Below, piece by piece: positions 27,715-35,358 of a stretch of DNA of 64,000 bases. The notes beneath the pieces are model-generated. The model saw only the letters and a list, made by a program, of their open reading frames with translations, did no database searches and was not told where the DNA came from. A program made the translations under genes and the position numbers. Source of the stretch: Acidimicrobiales bacterium (GTDB taxonomy: Bacteria > Actinomycetota > Acidimicrobiia > Acidimicrobiales > SZUA-35); NCBI GenBank assembly GCA_047638695.1, contig JBLINY010000009.1, positions 9,234-73,233 on the forward strand, given 5' to 3'. The first letter of the stretch is position 1. The number at the start of each line of letters is the position of its first letter.

Positions 27715-30099
27715 TCATCGGTGTGCGTCCCCGGTCCAGGGATCCTCGCCCAGATAGCGGTCGAAGGCCCTCAACGGGTGCCGCTCGGGATCGAGCCGCG
27801 TCGCTGTGTCCCATGGTTCGAACGCATTGGTCACGTTGGCCAATCCGGTTTCGGCCAGTTCCGGGTAGTGGCGAAGAAGCACACTCTTCAGGTTGTTCTG
27901 GTCGATCCAGTCCATTCCCTCGGCCGAGTACACCTCTTCCCGATAGTCGGTGGTGTAAAAGCGGTCGGCCTGAAGGCGGCGACTGGCATTGAGAATGAAG
28001 ATCTGGAAGAGGGTTTCACCGAATCCGAAGCCCGTGGGTCGATTGCAGTCGGATTCGGCCAGGGTCCCAACCAACAGATCGAGACTCTCGACGTCATCGC
28101 CATAGATGTCGGTGATCTTCTTCACCACAGCTTTGTCGGTGGTGAGGTCGTCGAAGCTGTGCAGCGGATTCAAGCCAAGCTGACGCCGGAACTCGTTGTA
28201 TCTGGGCACACCGCGCTCACGGGCCCGCAGGATGTCCACCGTCCCCATGTCGTGCACGGGATTCCCCGGGATGCTGAGCTCCTGCATGAACCGGGGGTAA
28301 TTGTTCAGCGTGAGGGCGCCCGGGTGCTGGACACCGAATGAGTAGAAGAGGTCGGGCATGCCGAGACGTTGGGTGATCTTGTGCGATGCCGCTTGTCGAC
28401 TGGCAGCGAACGGCACTTCTGCTACCAGGTCATCCGTGGCGTGACGCCTCAGCTTGAGCGACTCTGGCAGCAACGAGTGAAGGCGGTAGACCTCGACAAA
28501 CTCCTCGCTAAGAGCAAAGGGCGAGCCGTGCTTTTCTATCTGATTGCCAACAAGGCCACCAAGCTCCGGGTTCGGGACATTGAAGCGGGCGACCGTCTTG
28601 CGGTCCTTGGCTGCCCTGAATCGATACGTCAGTAGCCCGTACCAGTTCGTGTTGAGTCCGCTGTCGAGCGCCCGGTTAGGGAGGATGGCCGGCGTCCACT
28701 CGACCGAGTGGATCTTGGCCGTGACCGCAGCGTTTACCAGCCGGGCGACGTTGAAGAGCCGATCGTCGTCCCAGGTGGGGTGATGCGCTTGTAGGTGATC
28801 ACATATGGCGTTGTGTTCGAGCGTGAACAACGTGTGCCACATGGCCAGCCCCACCCACCAGTTCCGCACCATGCCTGTCTTCTCGACCCCGTCCTTGCCG
28901 ACAGGCAGCGTGCCATCCGGCTCGACGCGTAGCTTGCCGTTGAGCCCTGTCCGCAGTTCGTCCTGCGTCGCTTTATCGCTGCCATAGACCTGCGAGGCAT
29001 CCCACCAATGCGTGACCTCGTTGATGAATGTCACGGGTGCGGTGTCGGCCGCCTGCCCGTGGGTGGGATCGGGCTGGGTTCGGCTGACGAACATGTTCTG
29101 CTGCCGGTAGCGATCGCGAGCCGGGTCGTTCTCGGGAAGCGGTATTTCGATCGGTCGAAGTCGATCCCAGGTCATGTTCTCGCCATGGGTGATCCAATCG
29201 TGGTTCTGGAACTGAATCCAGGAGGCCGCCAGCAGATTGAGAAATGGCACCTCTTCCATCTCGCCCTCGCGACGGAGCAGCTCGAGACTGATTCGTCGAG
29301 GATTGGGGGTGAGCAGCTGATCACCGGTTTCGGGCTTTGTGACTGCTTCGGCCACGTTTCGGCTGAACCGGGTTCCGGCCGCGCCCTCTTTCGGGTCCTC
29401 CAGGTTGTTCCAGCTGCCATCAGCCGTGCGGTAATGACTGACGCCAGGTGGTGGCTCCAGACCAGACTGCTGGAATCCCACAAGCTGGTCCTTTGGATAC
29501 GTCGACTTGAGATTCCGTCGATTCAGCTTCTCGCGCATGTACGCCAGCGTGAGAATGCCGGTGTACAGCCGCTTGCGATACCAGTTGGTCCAGATCTTGT
29601 CGCGGTAGTTCTTGCCCAGTTTCTGCGTAAGCGGCTCGATGATGCGGCATCCAGCGAGGCCGATGCCATGGCCGATCTGATAGCGCAGAGTGGCGCCTAG
29701 TTGTGGACGACGTCGGGGGTTTGGGGCAATCGGCAATTGCGGACTCGGTGGGGGAGCAAGCAGCTCGTCACCATCGAAGTAGCGGATACCTGGAACGAAG
29801 ACATCGACACCCGATTCGTCGTTGTTCCGCGCTAGCTGCACCATGTGCATCCAGTCAGCGCGGTTAGCGGGCGTGATTTCAGACAGGTCGCACGCCCACG
29901 CGTAGTGAGCCGCGGCCTCGCTGTAGTTCCCGAGATGAAAATGGGCGAGGCCCAAGAGCGCCCGGCTGGCCCCTGTCGGGTCACAAACTGCAGCGGTGGC
30001 CAAGCGATCGGCTGCTTCGTCGAAGCGGCGCGCTTCTAAGAGATCGATCGCCTTGTCACGTTCTTGCGCCCACCCCTGTGGTTTGGCTTCGTTCGTCAT
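27715..30099 (-). CDS. Heme peroxidase-cyclooxygenase superfamily enzyme, fatty-acid alpha-dioxygenase (PIOX)-like, with an N-terminal TPR-like extension
   Basis: 794-aa ORF. YRTADGSWNNLEDPKEGAAGTRFSRN. Distal-His motif ASWIQFQNHDWITH (H300). WHTLFTLEHNAICD. Catalytic-Tyr/proximal-His motif SEEFVEVYRLHSLLPE (Y538, H541). These are collinear with plant alpha-DOX and COX motifs as I recall them. Residues ~20-70 look TPR-like (ALLGLAHFHLGNYSEAAAHYAWA). Confidence 0.85.
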   Translation of the reverse strand: MTNEAKPQGWAQERDKAIDLLEARRFDEAADRLATAAVCDPTGASRALLGLAHFHLGNYSEAAAHYAWACDLSEITPANRADWMHMVQLARNNDESGVDVFVPGIRYFDGDELLAPPPSPQLPIAPNPRRRPQLGATLRYQIGHGIGLAGCRIIEPLTQKLGKNYRDKIWTNWYRKRLYTGILTLAYMREKLNRRNLKSTYPKDQLVGFQQSGLEPPPGVSHYRTADGSWNNLEDPKEGAAGTRFSRNVAEAVTKPETGDQLLTPNPRRISLELLRREGEMEEVPFLNLLAASWIQFQNHDWITHGENMTWDRLRPIEIPLPENDPARDRYRQQNMFVSRTQPDPTHGQAADTAPVTFINEVTHWWDASQVYGSDKATQDELRTGLNGKLRVEPDGTLPVGKDGVEKTGMVRNWWVGLAMWHTLFTLEHNAICDHLQAHHPTWDDDRLFNVARLVNAAVTAKIHSVEWTPAILPNRALDSGLNTNWYGLLTYRFRAAKDRKTVARFNVPNPELGGLVGNQIEKHGSPFALSEEFVEVYRLHSLLPESLKLRRHATDDLVAEVPFAASRQAASHKITQRLGMPDLFYSFGVQHPGALTLNNYPRFMQELSIPGNPVHDMGTVDILRARERGVPRYNEFRRQLGLNPLHSFDDLTTDKAVVKKITDIYGDDVESLDLLVGTLAESDCNRPTGFGFGETLFQIFILNASRRLQADRFYTTDYREEVYSAEGMDWIDQNNLKSVLLRHYPELAETGLANVTNAFEPWDTATRLDPERHPLRAFDRYLGEDPWTGDAHR

Positions 30100-30162
30100 T
30101 TTCCCCCCAAAACTTCGGCCCTGCCCGAGGCCGGTTGCCGCCCTGACCTGGCCGGACCCTAG

Positions 30163-30184
30163 CGTTCCTCACGTTCCGCGTTCC
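30163..30184. promoter_or_regulatory. Three direct CGTTCC hexamers in the divergent promoter region between the alpha-DOX-like and lipoxygenase-like genes (candidate operator)
   Basis: CGTTCC at 30163, 30172 and 30179, within the 203-nt intergenic region 30100-30302. No functional evidence. Confidence 0.2.
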
Positions 30185-30302
30185 ATGCCAGGTCATAGAT
30201 GGCGCAGGTAGTGGGGCCCGCGTCCCACTCGTCTGATTTCGCCATCTGGTCTAGGTTTGCGCTGGGCGGAGGACGAGGTGGACCAGTCGGGAGGGACGAC
30301 CG

Positions 30303-31913
30303 GTGGGGAAATGGAATGCAAGCTCGGTCAAGGCCGGGATCCAGCGACGACGGTTCCTAGCGAGCTGGGTTCTAAGGCGAGCGTTCTGGAACCGATTGGC
30401 CACGTTGAAGTTCGGCGGCCAGAAGGCAACGGTCATTCCCGAGCCGTCCAGCGATGGGCGGTGGGTCAAACTCATGCCGCTTGGCCAAAAGTATCCAGAA
30501 CTCACGGTCGGAGGCGTGGTGGTTGCCGACCACGTTCCTCGGGATGAGGCTGAACCGCTCAAGCAGAAGGTCACCCGCCTGCAAGCTGTTGGTGTTCGTC
30601 GAGTTTCCCCAATGCAGCCCGGGCTACCATCGGTGCCGCCCGATGCCGACAAGGCCTTGTCGTGGGCATTCACCGGCCGTCACGCTGGCCTGTATCCGCG
30701 TCCCCAGCGGCCGGCTGACCTCGGGCTGGGTGTCGGCTCCGACGGCCTTGCTCGCCAGGTCAACAACCGCGAGGGAACGCTGGGCGCGCTGGCCGTGGCA
30801 AGCCCGTATGCCGCATACCTGAGGGCTGCTGGCCCCGGCCGATTCGAGTGGAATCTCGCTGAGCTCGGCGCGTATGAGTGTCACGACGGGCTTGTGAAGT
30901 TGGGAGCCAAGGTCGACTTCGTACTCGATCCACAGACAGGATGGCTACGCGCCGGCCACATCGAGACGGCGCTGGGATCGGTCCGCCCCGGTGATTCGGG
31001 GTGGGCGAGTGGCACACGGCTCGCAGTCTGCTCGATCACCACTCATGCGTCGCTGGTGCGGCACTTCAATTGGTTACACCTCACGAGTGGGGCTCCGCTC
31101 GAAGCCATCACCCGCAACCGACTTCCTCACAGACATCCGGTTCGTCGGTTGCTTTGGCCGCACGTCTTTGGAACTCATGCAAACAACGACCTTGTGACAC
31201 AACTTCAGATGGCGAAGGGCGGAGAGTTCGAATCGATCTTCAGTTTCACTCACGACGCCCTGCTTCAGCTGTTCGAGGACACCACGGACCAGTTTCAGTT
31301 GGCCGCTATCAATCCGGCCCTAGATGCCGAGCAGCGCGGCGTTGACCTGCCCGAGCTGGTGGCGCCAGCGCAGGAGAATCGGTGCAGCCTCCTCGACGTC
31401 TTCGAGCGTCATGCCCAGCGGTACCTGGCCCTGTACTTCAACTCCGATGAAGAAGTCGCAGGTGATCCGGACATCGCAGGATGGCTCGCCGACCTCGATG
31501 CCCAATTGCCAGGTGGAGTCAGCAAAATCACGGGCAAACCTCCGACGCTTCGAGGATTGGCCTCACTGGCGGCAACCCTCATCTACTTGGCGACGGTCGA
31601 ACATGAGATTACGGGTTCGGGACTCTGGGACTATCAGCTGTGGAACGACACGTCGCCTGTTCGGGTTTATGAGGACGGCCGAAATGTCCCTCTCGATGTC
31701 TACCAGAGATTGATTAATGCTGATTTCAACCTCAACGTCAGTCGAACACCGCTGCTGGCCGATTTCTCTTACCTCGCGCTCGACGCCCGCGGTGAGCAAG
31801 CGTTCAAGCAGTTCACCCGGGACCTCGAACGACTGCAGCGATTTATGGATCTGGGCGACGCTGCCCCGTGGCGCATGGAACCGAAGCGGCTGAAAGCCAA
31901 CATCAACGCCTGA
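30303..31913 (+). CDS. Lipoxygenase homologue lacking a PLAT domain (mini-LOX-like) with a non-canonical ligand set
   Basis: 536-aa ORF (GTG start). HASLVRHFNWLH (H254, H259) matches LOX HxxxxH. LPHRHPVRRLLWPHVFGTHANNDL...GGEFESIF matches LP..HP....PH..T..IN. ATVEHEITGSGLWDY (H434) matches QHA.VN/HxGQ..Y. The C-terminus PWRMEP....KANINA matches PY.YL.P....NS.xI. The position of the 4th ligand is Gly438, and the C-terminal residue is Ala rather than Ile/Val. Confidence 0.7.
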   Translation: MGKWNASSVKAGIQRRRFLASWVLRRAFWNRLATLKFGGQKATVIPEPSSDGRWVKLMPLGQKYPELTVGGVVVADHVPRDEAEPLKQKVTRLQAVGVRRVSPMQPGLPSVPPDADKALSWAFTGRHAGLYPRPQRPADLGLGVGSDGLARQVNNREGTLGALAVASPYAAYLRAAGPGRFEWNLAELGAYECHDGLVKLGAKVDFVLDPQTGWLRAGHIETALGSVRPGDSGWASGTRLAVCSITTHASLVRHFNWLHLTSGAPLEAITRNRLPHRHPVRRLLWPHVFGTHANNDLVTQLQMAKGGEFESIFSFTHDALLQLFEDTTDQFQLAAINPALDAEQRGVDLPELVAPAQENRCSLLDVFERHAQRYLALYFNSDEEVAGDPDIAGWLADLDAQLPGGVSKITGKPPTLRGLASLAATLIYLATVEHEITGSGLWDYQLWNDTSPVRVYEDGRNVPLDVYQRLINADFNLNVSRTPLLADFSYLALDARGEQAFKQFTRDLERLQRFMDLGDAAPWRMEPKRLKANINA

Positions 31914-31916
31914 GGA

Positions 31917-33389
31917 TCAACTGCTGAGCTCCCCAAGGTGACGCAGTGCGGCCACCGATGGGCAGAACAGATACGCCGCACCAACGGTCTGGATGAAACG
32001 AGGGAACCCCGAGAGCACGACCGGGGGTTGACCGTTCCCGACCGGGATCACGAATCGACTGGTCGATGGACGGTTTGCTCCCAAGATTGGATCATTCGTT
32101 CCCGTGATAGAGGGATCTAACAAGCCGAGGTTGATCCAGTCGTACATGACCGCCTCGAATTGGGCGATGATGCTGGCGCACAGAAAGCTGCCCAGTAGCC
32201 CCCTGGGCTGACCATCGTCGGGTTCGCCGGGGTTCATCGGAGGCCCGTACGGCACACCCCGGCGAACCATCGGACGCGTGTAGTTGGCGCTTCGCTGGGC
32301 GATGCGGGCGCTTCGCGGATTCGCTCGGCGTATGTGCGAGCCGACAGGACAAAATAGACCTTCGAAATCATCAAGCTCGACAGCTTCGTTCGGATAGTCG
32401 AAGAAGTTGATGGTTTCCTCGTCGACCCTGGGCATGCGGATGTCCTTGAAATCTCGGGACTCAAGCAACGAGGGGGTCAGGGGAGCCCCGTTGCGCCAAC
32501 GGCCCATGAGTTTCGCTGCGACAAGTTCGCGGTCCCAACCTGTTTGGGCTGCGCTGTCGTCGAGGAAGGTCTCAAAGCTGTGCACATCTTGCTCGAGCAC
32601 GCGAAAAGCATTGAAGCAACCGTTCAAGCCGTAAGGGTCAGCGAGCTTGCGCCAAGTCACATTCGGGAACGTGGTCTTGTAGTCGGGGCCAAGCAGGACT
32701 GCTCCGACCGGGGCTAACGGCTGTGCGTCCGCTTTGCCGATGGGTTCACCGTTCACGACAAATCGAGGCTGGGCGATGCTGTCTCGATAGCCGAAATGGA
32801 CCTTGTCGCCCAGGCCATCGGGCTCGCCTCGTTCGAAGCCATCACGCTCGAGGTCGTCTGGCAGGAACGCGCCATCGAGCTTGGCCGTCACGGTGAAGGC
32901 CCCCGACCGACGCCACGCCAGCTCGAGCTCGGCGTCGACGGCGTCGCGCTCGTCGGCGGTTTCCCCGTGAATGGTCCACATGAGGTGGACCTTCTCGGGG
33001 TCATCCATCCCGTAACGCCACCGGTGTGGCGCACTCTCATCAACGTCACCGACCTTGGGCCCTCGGGCAGTAGCCCCGGCTCGAAACTCCGATGGGAATG
33101 AGTTGAGGGCGCTGGCGCTCACCCCCAGAGCCGAGAGCCCCGAGGCGGTTATGGCGACATTGAGACATGTCGCCGGTTTGCTTGTCCACCACTCGGCCGT
33201 GGTGATCGAGAGTCGGGGTGGGGCCGCGTCTGCTGGCCGGCCGGGGTTTGAAAGGAGAGGCACGACGGCAGCGAGGAACTTTCGAGCGGCTGTCCGATCG
33301 GCGACGCGAACCACGACGTGACGAACGAACTTCAGGTGGTAGCCCCGCAAAATATTGCCTTGAACATCGCTGAGGTCGACGTGGGTCAT
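31917..33389 (-). CDS. DyP-type heme peroxidase (long form)
   Basis: ORF 31917..33404. The likely start is ATG 33389, 4 nt after the stop of the upstream ORF. N-terminal LSDVQGNILRGY, FGYRDSIAQP (GxxDG-like), proximal-His motif VGSHIRRANPR. Confidence 0.85.
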   Translation of the reverse strand: MTHVDLSDVQGNILRGYHLKFVRHVVVRVADRTAARKFLAAVVPLLSNPGRPADAAPPRLSITTAEWWTSKPATCLNVAITASGLSALGVSASALNSFPSEFRAGATARGPKVGDVDESAPHRWRYGMDDPEKVHLMWTIHGETADERDAVDAELELAWRRSGAFTVTAKLDGAFLPDDLERDGFERGEPDGLGDKVHFGYRDSIAQPRFVVNGEPIGKADAQPLAPVGAVLLGPDYKTTFPNVTWRKLADPYGLNGCFNAFRVLEQDVHSFETFLDDSAAQTGWDRELVAAKLMGRWRNGAPLTPSLLESRDFKDIRMPRVDEETINFFDYPNEAVELDDFEGLFCPVGSHIRRANPRSARIAQRSANYTRPMVRRGVPYGPPMNPGEPDDGQPRGLLGSFLCASIIAQFEAVMYDWINLGLLDPSITGTNDPILGANRPSTSRFVIPVGNGQPPVVLSGFPRFIQTVGAAYLFCPSVAALRHLGELSS

Positions 33390-33393
33390 AGCG

Positions 33394-34035
33394 TCACCAT
33401 CCAATCTTCAATGCGTCGCGGATCTGGGCCGCCGAGAAGCCCGGATAGGCCCGGTAGACAAAAACCTGGGCGTTAGGTTCGGCGTCCAAGACGAGCGCCA
33501 GGTTGCGGGGCAGTTTCAGCGGATCGTCGCTCAGTTCGGTGACCTGCTCCGGAAGCTGAAACGCATCGTGCTCGATGACCCACTCGATGAAGGCATCGGG
33601 GTGAGACTCGACCGGTAAGGGCGGCGGATTGGCCACAAACTCAAGGAGGGCATCGAACGCTCCACCAATGTTGTAGATGAAGTCTCTGATGTAGTTGGAG
33701 AAATCGCCGTCGTAGATGCTGAACATGCAAAGACTTCCGTCGACGATGATGAAGCGTCCGAAGTGAACAATGCCGGTATTGTTGAGGCCGGAGTGCACCT
33801 CTTCGATCGCCGGGGCCAAAGCCCCCACGAGCCGCGCACGGGCAATGGGCGACGGATCAGCTAGCGGCATCACCAGGTTCATGGCTGTCTGTACGTTGTC
33901 CGACGGGTTCATCGAGAACGGGTGTTTCGGAAGAACGGGTGGTGGGTCGCGCCAACGCCAAAAGGCGAGAAGTTTGCTTTCGAGCAGACGCTTGACCTTT
34001 GTCAGCGGCCGCCTGGAATATCCGTCTTGTGCCAC
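33394..34035 (-). CDS. Hypothetical protein translationally coupled to the DyP gene
   Basis: 213-aa ORF (GTG 34035; alternative ATG 33912). No recognisable catalytic motif. Conserved-looking core NTGIVHFGRFIIVDGSLCMFSIYDGDFSNYIRDFIYNIGGAFDALLEFV. Its stop (33394-33396) is 4 nt from the DyP ATG. Confidence 0.6.
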   Translation of the reverse strand: MAQDGYSRRPLTKVKRLLESKLLAFWRWRDPPPVLPKHPFSMNPSDNVQTAMNLVMPLADPSPIARARLVGALAPAIEEVHSGLNNTGIVHFGRFIIVDGSLCMFSIYDGDFSNYIRDFIYNIGGAFDALLEFVANPPPLPVESHPDAFIEWVIEHDAFQLPEQVTELSDDPLKLPRNLALVLDAEPNAQVFVYRAYPGFSAAQIRDALKIGW

Positions 34036-34131
34036 TGTTCCCCCCAGTTGACGCTACGGGATACTAACGCGAAGTAGCGACGCGACTCCATTGCCACAGC
34101 GGCTCGATCGATTCGTTGACTAACATTTGGC

Positions 34132-35358
34132 ATGGACGAGTTCACGGCCAAGCTGATCGAGGGTATGCACGCCGACTTCGCGCCGGGGCGAGGCGAGCCC
34201 GAACTCGGCCTCGACCGTGGCCACCAACCGGGGACTCGTCCGATCCACAGTTCAGGCATCAGCGCGGTGGGTTGGTTTCGTGGGACGCATGCGGCGGCGC
34301 GCTACTGCACAGCTCCCCAGTTTGGGCGATCGTGGACACCCGTGACGGTTAGGTTCTCGAACGGCAACGGTGCCCCCGACCCTGATGGCGTGCGCCAAGT
34401 CCGAGGTATGGCCGTGAAGTTTCATCTTGGGGAGACGACGTGTGACGGCGAGGGCCCACACACCACGGCCCACACGACGTGCGGGGTTTTGAAGTCTCCC
34501 GCAGAGTCCGATCTCGTCTGCATGTCGGTTCCCATGTTCATGGTCAAGGAGGCCGAGGGCCTGCTCGACTTCGAGAAGGCCTATCTTCCTCGGGCCGTGC
34601 GTCGACCGGGTCTGACGAAACGGCTCAAAGCGATGGCCAGCCTCATACCTTTGCCTACGACCGATCCGGGCACCCTGAAGTCCGGAAACAACGGCCTCAT
34701 CGCCTACGCCCAACGGACGCCGGAGGCGCGCGCTTTCATCGCTGCCAACGCCATGTTAGGGCCGCCAGACAGTTACGGACGCACTGCCTACCACGCCGTG
34801 CACGCGTTCGAACTGGAGGGAGAGTGCCCTGATGGACTGCATCAGCACGGCGAGATCTGCCCGGGCCGGCAGCGCCACATGGGTCGATTCTCTCTGGAGC
34901 CGGGCGATGGAGTTCGGCTCGAGTATCAGGACGGCGACAGACCGGCGGATGGTCAACGGCCGTTAGCGACCCTAGAAGATCTGGAAGCTGACTATCTGAA
35001 ACGCGAGCTCGAGCGACGACTCGATCGATTCGTCAGTGTCTTCAACCTACGAATGCAGCTGGCCGACCCCTGGGACGACACCTCGGACCCGACAACTGTG
35101 TGGCCGATGACTCGCAAGCGGGTGCTGATGGGATCACTGGTACTCCATCACATTCCTTCCGATCAAGATGCCGGGTGCGAGAAACTGAGCTTCAACCCGG
35201 GTCAGCTAGCGCCAGGCATGGGGCTGTCGGATGATCCCGTGCTTCGAGCCCGAGTTGCGGTCTACGAACAATCCCAGGCCCATCGAGAGGCACAGACCTG
35301 CCCGTTTGCCCATCGAGCTACTGGTTCGGCTCCGTTAGAGCGCTCCGCACCTGTTTGA
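34132..35358 (+). CDS. Catalase-related hemoprotein (mini-catalase; srpA / allene-oxide-synthase size class)
   Basis: 408-aa ORF. Distal-His region RPIHSSGISAVGWF. TPVTVRFSNGNG....RGMAVKF (catalase core pattern). Proximal-Tyr motif RARVAVYEQSQAHR. It is much shorter than typical ~480-750-aa catalases. Confidence 0.8.
   Translation: MDEFTAKLIEGMHADFAPGRGEPELGLDRGHQPGTRPIHSSGISAVGWFRGTHAAARYCTAPQFGRSWTPVTVRFSNGNGAPDPDGVRQVRGMAVKFHLGETTCDGEGPHTTAHTTCGVLKSPAESDLVCMSVPMFMVKEAEGLLDFEKAYLPRAVRRPGLTKRLKAMASLIPLPTTDPGTLKSGNNGLIAYAQRTPEARAFIAANAMLGPPDSYGRTAYHAVHAFELEGECPDGLHQHGEICPGRQRHMGRFSLEPGDGVRLEYQDGDRPADGQRPLATLEDLEADYLKRELERRLDRFVSVFNLRMQLADPWDDTSDPTTVWPMTRKRVLMGSLVLHHIPSDQDAGCEKLSFNPGQLAPGMGLSDDPVLRARVAVYEQSQAHREAQTCPFAHRATGSAPLERSAPV

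Noticed and set aside
30303-30400. A twin-arginine (Tat) signal in the LOX-like protein (SVKAGIQRRRFLASWVL).
   Set aside because: The RRxFL-like motif is not followed by a hydrophobic h-region or an AxA cleavage site (WVLRRAFWNRLATLKF is charged). It is probably fortuitous, or upstream of the true start.
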